From the NCBI GenBank assembly GCA_028534125.1, contig CM052817.1, forward strand, positions 17,920,001 to 17,984,000: 64,000 nt of DNA, given 5' to 3'. The notes below the pieces were generated by a model, which saw nothing but the letters and a program-made list of their open reading frames with translations, was not told the origin of the DNA and made no database searches. Position 1 is the first letter of the stretch. Each line of letters starts with the position of its first letter. A program made the translations under genes and the position numbers. Below, in pieces: positions 50,608-62,299 of this stretch. The DNA comes from Lama glama. Its lineage: Eukaryota.

Positions 50608-52777
50608 ATCTTGGATCATCCCTTCACTGTCAGGAAATTCTTATTATTTCTCATGTCTGTGGAAATGATTTATCCAAGACTTCTATGGAAATGACTTTAG
50701 ACAATCTGCCTGAAGTTCTCACAAGGGGTACCTTGGAAAAATCCAGCCAGTCTTGTCATTGGGTCATAGGTATAGACAGGGAATAGGGAAGACATGACCA
50801 ACTATGGGCTCACTTTCTTTGATTATCTTTAGGAACTTCCAGGAAGTGGTATGTGTTCTGTTGTCTGCCAGAAGTTTTGATATATCTAGCTTCCTGTTTC
50901 TTTGCTTATTGTTTTATGTTTTCTGTGGTGTATGATCTATAGACTGATACAGCCCTTATGAACTTTTTGCAACATGTCCCATACTATTTGTGTTTCTGTC
51001 TTATCCTTCCCACCCTCACTATGCTGTTTTATCCATCCTTTAGTGGCATGTGTTTAATGGGCACCCAATAAATATTTGTTGAATTAGTGTCTTTTTATTA
51101 TTTGAAAATTCAGCTATTACACTTCATTTCCCCCATTCTGGCTATAAAAATTTGAACTTTTCTGATTCGAACATTTTCTTCCTCTGTCCTTCCCTCAGTT
51201 TTTAGTTGTGTTCGTTCTTCTGCTCTGGATCATTTCCAAGTTTCTACTGTAGCTGTGGAGCACAGAACAAAATGATAACTGAATACAGATTTGTTCCGTG
51301 TTGCTTTAGTGCTTCATATTTTTTCCATTCTACTCTCATGGGTTCTTTTAAAAAGTTTCCTCATTTGTAAAATGAGGGTAATTATACATATCTCACAGGA
51401 TTAATAACATATGTAAACACGTGTAAATCACACAGCTCTGTTTCTTAAACTCTTCATTCAAAATGCTTTCTTCTAATATCTAATTTCTTGTCTGGATAAC
51501 TTTTTTCTTAACTATTTTCTCTACTTTACATCTAACATGAAATTTAAATTTGTTAAATTGAAATACTTGGTACAGTGGAATATCCATTTAGGAGAATTAT
51601 GATTATTCACTTAAGATTGTACTTTATAGAAAACACCTGAAAAAATGTTTTTGTTAAAATAATTTTTTAAAGGATAAGTTAAATATGTTTCAGAATATCT
51701 TGTCAAGATATAATTACAGAAAGTATCATTCTATTTTAAATGTTTTGTAGGTTTTGTGCTGTATTAAAATTATATATTATAGTCTTGAAAATTTGTACAG
51801 TATATATTATGAGCCACACATCAATGTCTATTGTAATTTTAATTTTATTTTTATATCTGAGGGTTATATTGTCTTTTTATCAACTCAGGAGCCCTTTTAT
51901 TAGTGTTTGAAAATGAGAATTTTTAGAGCCATAATTCAATAGCTAGAAATTTAGTCCCTCATATAATAGGATAAATATTATAAATTCAGGGGTTCAGTTT
52001 TAAATCTTTATATAAATATTATTTTTATAGTAATGACTGAATTAAAAATTTTTTAAATTAACTTTTTTCATACCTGCTCCCCCCACAATATGGAGTTGGG
52101 GGAGCAAGTGACAGAAGACTTACTAGAGGAGATTATTTTTAAGCTGAGATCTGAAAGTTGAGTAAGATTTATCCAGATAAATTGAAGATAAGGATGTTGA
52201 GAGTGGAAGTGGGTTGTATTGCAGTAATTAATGTTTGGTTATAAATAATGTACCCAAATTTTAAGTTTTGGGTCTAAGAATTATTTATAATTAAAAAAGA
52301 GACAGAGAGAGAATCAAAAATAAGCCAGTAAATGGTATTAGTTTGGGGGGGTGGAATATTTCGTGTGATTTATTAACAGTATTCTTTTATTCTTAAAAAA
52401 CCTATTTCTCTATATTTAGTGAACTAAGCCTTATGCATTTCACACAGCTCTGTATTTCTCCTAGGTGATTTTTTTTTCTGTTCACTGATTGAGTAGGCAG
52501 TTGTATCAAAGTGTTTTTTAAATGCTTGCAACATAGCTTAGAGTAGAAATCTGTTCAATTATTGAGAAATTATCATGTGCTAGATAAAGTGTGATGTGTA
52601 TTGTGATAGGTGGAGGATGAGGTGCTGTGAGAACCCGTAAGCAAAGGCACCTCATACTCTCTGGGGTGGGGGACCAGGTAAGAGAAGGCTTAAGAGAGGT
52701 GAAGACCTGAAAGGTGAATAAAATGTATTCAGATAAAGTAGGAATAAGGATATTGGGATGGGAGCAGAGCATGGAGA

Positions 52778-52862
52778 GTATTTTCCAGATACAGAGTAAA
52801 GTATTTAAGTATGTGTGTTAAAGAAGAAGCTGTGAGTGATGATAGCTCTAGTAAAGCTGTCA
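52778..52862 (+). repeat. 85-bp dispersed direct repeat, copy 1
   Basis: 84/85 identical to 54491-54575. Confidence 0.93.
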
Positions 52863-53259
52863 GTTACTGAATGGCTACTATTATCATTATTGTGTTACCG
52901 TTCAAAGCATTTTACATTTTTAATCTTTATAACAATCATGTAAAAGAGCTATTATTATTCTACTTTTATTAACTGGTTGTAACTGTTCTTTATAAATAAT
53001 GCATATAACTCATTTTCTCCTCACTTGATCTAAATTTTGGAGCTTTGATGTTATTTTATTCTGGTTTTAGTGAGTCAGAAGTGGCCTGTATATTTTAGTG
53101 AAAAAGACCAAAAAGCTTATGGCATTTTAGCTTCCATTAAAAAGAGTAGCTTACTAAAATAATGGTACATATAGATAAGCAATTTATGACTGACCATTCA
53201 AATTAACTTATTCTTTCAAGTTTACAAGAAATATAGGGGATGGAGAAGAAGGTGTATCA

Positions 53260-53625
53260 ACATTGTGAAAAAACAGTAAGACCAACCCAGACTGTGACAC
53301 GTTCTAAAAGATAACTGGCCTGGACTCCTTAAACAAGTCAATATGAAAAAGAAAAGGACAAAGGCACTCTAGATGAAGCTACACTGAAAGAGACATAACA
53401 ACCAAATGTAATGTAATGCATGGATATTTAATGGATCCTGGATTTTTAAAAAACTACAAAGACATTTTGGGGACAATTGGAAAATTTTGTATATGGACTA
53501 AATATTAGATGATACAAAATATTATTGTTAATTTCCTTAGATGTGACAGTGGTATTCTGGTTATGTAGAAGGTTCTTATTCTTAGAACATTCATGCTGAA
53601 GTATTTAGGGGTAAAATACCACGTT
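53260..53625 (+). mobile_element. Ancient L1ME/MC-like 3' UTR fragment
   Basis: agagacataacaaccaaatgtaatg...gacattttggggacaattgg...tatggactaaatattagatgata. Confidence 0.7.
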
Positions 53626-54047
53626 TGGAAAAATTACAATATAACAATTCCTATAAAATTTTATTTTACTAGGTCATTAATGGGATTTATAAAATGCTTA
53701 AATCTAACTTACCTTTTTATTTTCTGCTATTTTCCCTTATAACGTTTATCACCATCTGACTTGTTGATGTATTGTTTTTTATCTGCCTTCATTCACATCC
53801 TCCGCTAGAATGTCAGTTCCGTGAGGTCTGAGGCCTCCTGTTGCTCACAGCTTCCTTCATAGCACTAAGGATAGTATCTGGCACATAGTAGGCAGTAATC
53901 AATATTTGTTGAGTGACCTAATGACTAAAGATTACCAATCGTAACCATCTTCACCATTTCTGTGTAACTCATAGTATCTTTAATTTTTACTATCAGTTTT
54001 GGTATTGTCAACCAGAAAAAAATAATAGATTGTTCCTTATGTTTCAG

Positions 54048-54122
54048 GGAAGTTGGGAAAAAAGAATTTTGAAGAGTTTAAATAGTATGTGCACTGAACT
54101 GAGTATCCCGTTGGCACGAAAG
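54048..54122 (+). CDS. TBC1D19: TBC1D19 coding exon 5 (GSWEKRILKSLNSMCTELSIPLARK)
   Basis: ttccttatgtttcag acceptor; 75 nt, symmetric phase 0-0; donor AAG|GTACTT. Confidence 0.95.
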
Positions 54123-54490
54123 GTACTTTTAACATTGAAGTATTTCATTGTGAATCAGCTACTAGGAGGTATCGTGAAGGTATAACTGTTAGGCGGATTT
54201 TTTTTTTTACTAATATATCGGTTTGTTTTGACCTATAGAAGGCCAATTACGTGGGTGTATTCTGTATAGATCTCTATTACGTGTGCTGTCACAGTTTTTG
54301 TAGTAAACCTATAGCTTGAAAATGAAAAAAGCGTAGGCTCTGCAGTGCAGCTTACTTAGAGGTTTGGCTGTAAAGGTTATAAATGCACTTCAAAGGTCTT
54401 AGTTACCTTTAGTCTCTTTGCTCGAATGCTCTGTCATCTCTCTGCAGAACTAATACTCAGCATTTATGTGTCACTCTGGGCTTTTGGAGG

Positions 54491-54575
54491 GTATTTTCCA
54501 GATACAGAGTAAAGTATTTAAGTATGTGTGTTAAAGAAGAAGCTGTGAGTGATGATAGCTCTAGTCAAGCTGTCA
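54491..54575 (+). repeat. 85-bp dispersed direct repeat, copy 2
   Basis: 84/85 identical to 52778-52862; offset 1713 bp. Confidence 0.93.
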
Positions 54576-55240
54576 AGAAAAGAGAGAAAAGCCACTTGCG
54601 GAATGTTCTGGATTCTTCTGGCTGCTCACGAGTAGGAGAGAACAAGTTTCTCTTCCCTTCATTCTCCCTACCTGCTCTTTATTCCCTGCTTTTAGGCAGG
54701 ATGTAGTAGATGTACTTTGGATAATATCCCAGCACAAGTCACTCAAGTCACCAGAAGGATGGCGTAAAAAATAAAAAAGATAAATTTATATGGAAAAGTG
54801 TCTAAATATGTAGTATTGTGTAATATACTGTCTTTCATGTAGGAAGACGATGCTACTGACTCCCAGCCACACTCTCTTGGCCCGTCCCCCTTGGGTGCTT
54901 TTCTGAGATTGCGGGATGGGGTAAGAGATGTAGTATGTGGCTGAGGAGCAGTTTTTTTTTGTGAACCTCTACTGACCAGTACAGATCATTTACCTTCTAT
55001 TCTTGGGGCTCATTAGCACCATGTTCTTCTAACTGAACCCTTGAGACTACATATAATGTAATAGTTAAGTAATAATAATTTAAGTGTAATTCCAAAAAAG
55101 ATCTCACCATATGTAATGAAATTATTTTTCCTTGTGTGACGGTAGCTTACTTAAGCTTTTAGATGAGGATTGATGCTTATTTTTCAGCTGTATTGCCTAA
55201 CTTCACAAAATGAAACCAGTTTTAAAATTACCTTTTTTAG

Positions 55241-55304
55241 AGGCCAGTTGGAGAACAGAAAGAGCTTCTCAATAAATGGAATGAAATGGGAACCGATGAA
55301 CCAG
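55241..55304 (+). CDS. TBC1D19: TBC1D19 coding exon 6 (RPVGEQKELLNKWNEMGTDEP-D)
   Basis: ccttttttag acceptor; 64 nt; donor CAG|GTATAT. Confidence 0.95.
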
Positions 55305-56280
55305 GTATATGAAAACTTTCTTCAAAATGTGATAATGGGTGAAAAATGCTTTCTTAATTGTGGATCCAAAATAACAATATTAACTATTTTGAGGGGAAGA
55401 TGGCAACTTTCCCTCCCCACTAATTTATTGTCCTCTGCTTTGTTTGCTCAAACCTCTATTTTGCAGTTTAAAAATTCCTAACTTTGGTCAGTGTTCTCAA
55501 TTATTTTGAGAATGTTTAAATCACTTATCTTTTTTTAAAGCAGCATTTGAAAACATTTTTATAAAATAGTAAATTAAGTCATTCAGTGGATTTCTTAGAC
55601 TTACAATTAGGGTAAATCTTTTTCAAGCTTTAATTACGTTGAGATGTTAAAGGCAGGTTAAATGTTGAAAAGTTTTAAGACTTCTAAAATGTTTTTAAGA
55701 ATTTATTTTTGTTCATTTTAATGTTTAAAACTCAGTCAATCAATTTTATAAATGTATAATGAGTGACAGCTATATCTCCTTTATTATGATAAATAGATGT
55801 TTGTTATTATTTGGGTAGATATGTACATAATTCCTCACAACTCCTTAAAGTGGGAGGGCAAAAAATACATGTGTAATAAACGAAGCAGTGCGTTATGGAA
55901 GTTCAAAAGGGAGAACAGTTCACTACAGCGACAGCAGTTCACTGAGAATGCATTGTTTGTATTCTAAGGACATTAAGAATTCTCATATGGAAATTTTGTA
56001 TTATATTGACATTGTTTTCCAATTCAATTACAAATAATCTTGCAAATTTATGAAAGGAGGACTCTTGGTTTCTTCTAGAATATGTCATCTAGGCTGTCAC
56101 AAAAAGGGCCTTTTATTCTTGTCGGCCCAGTACTTAACACCATGTATGACAAATAATTGATACTCTGCAGTTGTTTGAGTTCATCAGTTGCACAGCAACA
56201 TATAAAAGAACCATTAAAATTTGTTATAAGCATTAAGTATAATATATTAACTGATATTTTATCTATCTTATTAATTCTAG

Positions 56281-56327
56281 ATTTAAGCCTTTTCAGACCT
56301 GTTTATGCGCCTAAGGATTTCCTTGAG
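56281..56327 (+). CDS. TBC1D19: TBC1D19 coding exon 7 (D-LSLFRPVYAPKDFLE)
   Basis: ttaattctag acceptor; 47 nt; donor GAG|GTAGGT. Peptide also visible in ORF 56157..56345. Confidence 0.95.
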
Positions 56328-56379
56328 GTAGGTTCTATTGGCTAAATATGCATATATTAATGAGATAAAAATGTAAAAG

Positions 56380-57870
56380 AAATGATGATATAAGAATTCT
56401 CCAGGCAGAGGAATCACCATGTGAAAAACCCCAGAGCCTTTGAAGCAGTGGAATAACATGATCAGATTTTTGTTTGGAAATTGCTCTTGCAAAATACATT
56501 AGAATGTGGAAAGATTAGAGGCAAGTAAATCAGTTAGGAAAATTTGATTAAAAAATAGTGATTGTAAATCATGTAGCCTGCTGCCTGGCACATACAGGTG
56601 CTGAGTGAGTCTTTTTGTTTTTTACTGCCCCCCTGTTCTAGTAGTTCAGGTAAGACAAGGTAAAGGTCTGCATTGAGAAAATAGCATTCAAAATGGAAAG
56701 AATTCAACAGACTTGAGAGATTTTAAGGAAGATTTAGGGACTGATTAGATCAGGGAGTAGGAAAAAAATCAAAAATCAGGGTGACCATTAAGTGTCTACA
56801 TTGGGTAGTTGGGCAGAAGTAACTTGCTCTCTCAAGATAGAGAGCGCAGGAGGAGGAACAGCTCCGTTAGTAAAGATGATGAGCTTGATCAAGTTGAGAG
56901 GTGTATTGAGTATTTAAGTGGAGCTCTTCAGTAGGCTCTAATTATTTTAATTCACCCATCTTTGAGTCCACTTCTTCTCTTGTACCTTACATGTAATCCG
57001 TCAGCAAATCCTTTCAGCTTTACCTTCAAAGTGTAACCAGCATCCAGCCACTTCTTATCACCACCATTCTTATGTCACTGGTCCGAGCTGCCATCTCTTA
57101 TCAGCACTATTTCAGTAGCCTCTTAATTGCTCTTTCTGCTTCTCCCCTTGCCCACCTAGACTCTGTTCTGGACAGAGTTTCTAGAGAAAACCTTGTAAGT
57201 GCACGTCTGAAGAAGCTACTCTTCCAGCATCCAGTGGCTTCCCAACTCATCCTACTTAGAAACCGAAGTCATGGCAGTGACCTAAAACTCCTTGTTTGAT
57301 CTGATCCCCCATCACCTCTCTGAGTTCATCTCCTGTTACTTTTCTTCCTGATTTGTTCTTCTCCAGCTCTAAAGGCCTTCTGCTCTCCAAACCTGGCTTC
57401 CTCCCCTTTGAGGACCTTTGCTACTTGTTTTCTCTGCCTGCCGTCCTTTTCCCACAGATACCTGTGTGTATATTCCTTTACTCCTTATGTCTGCTTAAAT
57501 GTCACATTCTCAGCATAAAGAATATGGTCAATAATATTGTAATAACTCTGTACAGGGTGAGATGGTTACTAGATTCACCACGATGATCATTTCATAATGC
57601 ATGCAAATGTCAAATCACTGTGTAGTACACCTGAAACTAACATAATATTCTGCATCAATTATATTTCAGTTTAAAAAAAGAACATTCGTGTTAAAAATTC
57701 AGACACACACACACAAAATTGTCACCTTCTCAGCAAAGCCTTCCCTGGCTCCCCTCTTTTGAACTCCTTATAGCCCTTTCCTACTTTGTTTTTCTCCATA
57801 GCATTTATCCTTATATAACATACTGTTTTTCTGTTTTGTTTATTGCCCACCTTTTCCTACTGGATGGAAG
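56380..57870. mobile_element. L2 fragments (minus to about 56935, plus from about 56960)
   Basis: ttgaagcagtggaataacatgatcagattt; atccgtcagcaaatcctttcagctttaccttcaaa; aaatgtcacattctcag. Confidence 0.7.
57515..57715 (+). mobile_element. Short L1 3' end nested in L2
   Basis: gtcaataatattgtaataac...gtacacctgaaactaacataatatt...aaaaaaag; flanking repeat tgtcac(a/c)ttctcagca. Confidence 0.75.
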
Positions 57871-60151
57871 CATTTTTCTCTGCTACAACATAAAGTCAGA
57901 TAATCGAAAAGACTCACAAGACTTCACCTACATAAGGCTTTCTTTCAGGAAGAGAAAGAAAGCACATGCAAATACAAAGATACAAATTTCCAGGCACAGC
58001 TCCCAGGGCCCTTTCTCAGTTGTACAGGATGCACTTTGTCTTTAAACTATGAATTACTAAGATACAGGCAAGACACCTTGGTCTTGGGAGTCAAGACACA
58101 AGTCTTCTGAGGGGTCTTTTATATCGGGTGCAAACTAGCAATCTGCAAATTTTCAATAAACAATGTAAATAAACTGATATGGAGTGCCTCCAGGGGACAT
58201 TAAATACACATTATTAATGACAAGTTAGTGCATTTCATACCATCTTGGCCAAGAGTCACTACCAGATGTCCAGGTATCCCTGAAGATAAGATAGAGCCAC
58301 CACAAACCAGCTGCAAGTTAATCCTGTCCTTAACTGCTCCTCTCCAACAGGCAGAGCAGTGCTTAGCACATAGTTGCTCAATAAATAGGTGTGGAGTGAA
58401 TGAGTAAATGAGTGATTGACTCTCTCACATTTTATTTTAATTTCTTTCCTGAGCCTGCTGTCTCTGATACCAGTTTGCCAGCATAAAACAGTCTTAGAAA
58501 TTATTTCAGGCCTTTTAGAATTGTAAACAACATTTAACTTTAAAGAAAAGTTAATTTGGTTTGAAACTGCCTTTATGGTGATAGCATTATTTCTCTTAGT
58601 TTATTAAAGATTTCTCCCAAACTCTTCCTTTTCTAGCACTTAAATTTCATGTAATTTTTATATGGTTATTTTTATGTTTTTCTCTCCTTAATAATCATAG
58701 CATTCTGTTTTCTTAAGGACTGTTGCTGAATTGATCCTTTTATGAATCATGCTGGATTCTTCTTTAACTCAAGAAGGTTTCCTATAATCATTTCCTTAGT
58801 TACAGTTTCTACATTTCTAATATTTTCTCTTTTCTATTTCCCACATATTCATAGTTTCTTTTTCTTTTCAATTCTGTGCTTGTGAGTTTCGTGTGCAGTA
58901 TGATCCCTTATTTGCATAATTAGGTTAAAATTGTATTGTTCTATATTAGTCTGTATTTAACACTGCTGATTTTTTGCTTTGTCTTTTTTTTTTTTAAACA
59001 AATACGATTGATATTTTTAGTTTCAATTTAGTGTTTGCAGTTTTGGGAAACTCTTTTGGCCTTACAGCATATTCCATTTTGTCAGCCATTATTTATCAAT
59101 TTATTCATGCCTTCCTCAGATATGACGGTGTGCCTGTCATTATAATCTCCTCCACTGGAATCTTAGTGGTTTCTTTTCCTCAAGAATTTCCATTTAAAAA
59201 TATTTTTAAAAATTATTATTTGCTCCCCAAAATGTATGTTAATTGTTAGAAAAATGAGAAAACACATATAAGAAAATTTAAAACAAAAATTACTCATAAT
59301 GCCATCATACAGCAGTAAATACTACTATATTATAATTTTTTAACTTAATAAGTATGTTGTGAAATTTTTCTCATGTCATTACCTACATTACCTATATAAC
59401 TGAGGTATATTACACTGTAATTTATATGAATTAACCATAATTTATTTAGGTAATTTCCTCTAATGGAATGTTTTAAATTGTTTCATATTTTCCTGTTAAT
59501 GAACAGTATTTCCCTGACATTTTCTCTGCACTGTCTCTGCAAACAGCTTTAATTATTTCCATAATCATAGTCATAGAAGTGAGATTCCTAGATTAAAGGA
59601 TATCTAATCTTTTCTATTTACTTAATTTTGAAAAATATCTGAATGGTTTTTCTTGCTAGCTTAGCTTCTGAAAAACATTTTTTTCTCTTTGGTTTTGGTT
59701 TAAAGGTGATACCTTATGATGTTATTCTGCCATCTTTCTGTAAACCTTGTCAATATCTGTTTTTAAAAGGGTTAGAGATGGTTCTAAAATTTTCTCTGGC
59801 AAATACTACAATCAAGCAATTTAAAATTTCCTGTCATTTTCCCTGGTAAAATATTACAGTCAAACAATTTTTATTTTTTCTTCCCATCAAAAATTTTTTC
59901 TTTCTAACTAAATTTTTAACTTGTCAGAATTTCATATGGTAGATCATTTGTTGGAATATTAAGTTAAAAGCATATTTATGGTATTTTAACATTTTAATAC
60001 AATTTTATAGTTTTTAGAATGCAATTAAAGTACATACATAACTCAAATAGTTTTTATTTTGTGATGATACTCCAAGAATATCACTGCCAATTTTATAACT
60101 GTAAATAATCTATAAAGAAACTAACCAATTTTGTTGGATTTGTTTTTAAAG

Positions 60152-60262
60152 GTATTAATTAATCTTCGCAACCCAAATTATGAAAATGGTGATTCTCTTA
60201 GTTTCAGGACTCATTTGGGTTTAATCCAAGTTCCTCTCAAAGTAAAAGACATCCCTGAATTG
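60152..60262 (+). CDS. TBC1D19: TBC1D19 coding exon 8 (VLINLRNPNYENGDSLSFRTHLGLIQVPLKVKDIPEL)
   Basis: CTAAC branch motif at 60121; AAG acceptor; 111 nt; donor TTG|GTAAGT. Confidence 0.95.
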
Positions 60263-60892
60263 GTAAGTATAGGCATTTAAAAATAAATTAACATATTTTA
60301 GAAGACAGCTATTAGAAAAATATCTTAGTGCAGCATATATCTAAAGCAATAGGAGAATCTTAAATAAATAATTGCTTTTGCTTATTTCTTATTTTAATAA
60401 ATGGCATAGATTTATAAGACATCTTGTTGGTATGTATTGCTGATGTATGGCCATAAAACAGATTGAAACAAATTGTGAATTTTGTTTAAAAAATTTTAAG
60501 AATGTACATTTCACTTAATTCAACCAACCTTTATTAAACTCATAACATGGTGAGGCACTGAGAGAGATAAAGGAACTCAAGATGAATTAGAGGTATCTTT
60601 GCTATGGAGACTGTCACATTTTGGTAAGGAAGTTAGTTTTAAAATAGAGTAATTGTAGAAAGGTGGAGAGATTTCCTGCTGATGGAGTTAAATTACCGTC
60701 ACTCTTTCTTTTGTTAATTACTCTGAAACAGTAGGGAGCACAGAAATGTAAACATTGTCTTCAGTGAAACTAAGAAACAACTTGTAACTCTAAGCTTTAA
60801 AAAGTATTAAGATAAAGAGATCAACAGATGACTCAAACATGAAGAAGGTCAAGCCTTAATGCCTCTAAAAGATGGGAGGTATGGATGACAAG

Positions 60893-62258
60893 TGTGCCGA
60901 TAATCAGTTTATTATCTTTCAGTTCCAAATCTACCTTTCTTTTTTTTAAATTGAAGTATAGTTGATTTACAATACTGTGATAATTTCAGGTGTACAGCAA
61001 AGTGATATATATTTATATTCTTTTTCAGATATATATATATATATATATGTTCTTTTTCAAATTCTTTTCTAATATAGGTTATTATAAGATATTGATTATA
61101 TATATATAGTTCTCTGTGCTAATACAGTAAATCCTTGTTGTTTATCTATTTTATATATAATAGTATGTATCTGTTAATCCCGTATTCCTGATTTATCCCT
61201 CCCTACCGCTTCCCTGCCTGGTAACCATAAGTTTGTTTTCTAGGTCTGTGAGTCTGTCTCTGTTTTGTAAATAAGTTCATTTGTATTTTTTTTTCTTTTT
61301 AGATTCTACATATGTGACATCATATAATATTTGTCTTTCTCTATATTACTTCACCTAGTATGATAATCTCTAGGTCTATCCATATTGTTGCAAATGGCAA
61401 TTATTTCATCCTTTTTTATGGCGGAGTAATATTCCATTGCACGTATATTATATATACCACATCTTGTTTATCCATTCATTTATGGACACTTGGGTTACTT
61501 CCATGTCTTCACTATTATAAATGGTGCTACTATGAACATTGGGGCGCATGTATCATTTCAAATTAGAGTTTTTGTCTTTTCCTGATACATGCCCAGGAGT
61601 GGGATTCCTCAATCATATAGTAAGTCTAGTTTTAGTTGTTTAAGGAATCTCCATGCTGTTTTCGATAGTGGCTGCACCAACTTACATTCCCACTAACAGT
61701 GTCGGAGGGTTCCCTTTTCAGCATTTATTATTTGCAGACTTTTTGATGATGGCCATTCTGACTGGTGTGAGGTGTTACCACATTATAGTTTTGCAAATCT
61801 ATACTTTTTTGCCCTGTTTCATTATACTGGAGCTGGACCTTATAAACATTTCCTTTTGCCAACTAGCTCGATGTTAGGCTTTGTGAATGGAAGGTTCTAG
61901 AGGGACACTGCAAGACCATAACAGGAGAAAGGGGCCTTCTGTGTATGGTAGCCAGCAGATCAGCAAACAAAAGGTCCAGTAGCATTTACCCTGGCAGCCC
62001 TCAGTCAATCGGCTCCAGCCTGTACTCTCTGGCACCACCTCTGGTCTGCATGTTCCTGTGGCAGCCACTCTCTCTCCTTAAAAATCCAAATCTCTGTCTT
62101 AAGGGCATGGGGGGCCCTTTCCTGAGTTCTAGTTCTTTCTTGGTTCACTCTCCTTCAGCCTACAAGTCATGGTTGCTTTCTTCATTTGGTAATTCTGTTT
62201 TTCCCTATTCACATGTCTGGTATGGCTTCTATTTCTTGATTGCACTCTGACTGATACA
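60893..62258 (+). mobile_element. ERVL solo LTR (LTR41-like) split by an L1
   Basis: TG...CA ends (tgtgccgataatcag ... ctgactgataca); flanks acaag/agaag; internal ggagctggacc..taaacatttcc..gccaactagc..gatgttaggctttg. Confidence 0.7.
60935..61793 (-). mobile_element. 5'-truncated L1 (same family as 26861 element)
   Basis: ttgaagtatagttgatttacaat...ggccattctgactggtgtgagg; TSD core caaatcta at 60926 and 61794. Confidence 0.9.
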
Positions 62259-62299
62259 AGAAGCCAGATGATTTTCTCTCTAGAACTTTGGGAAGGATC

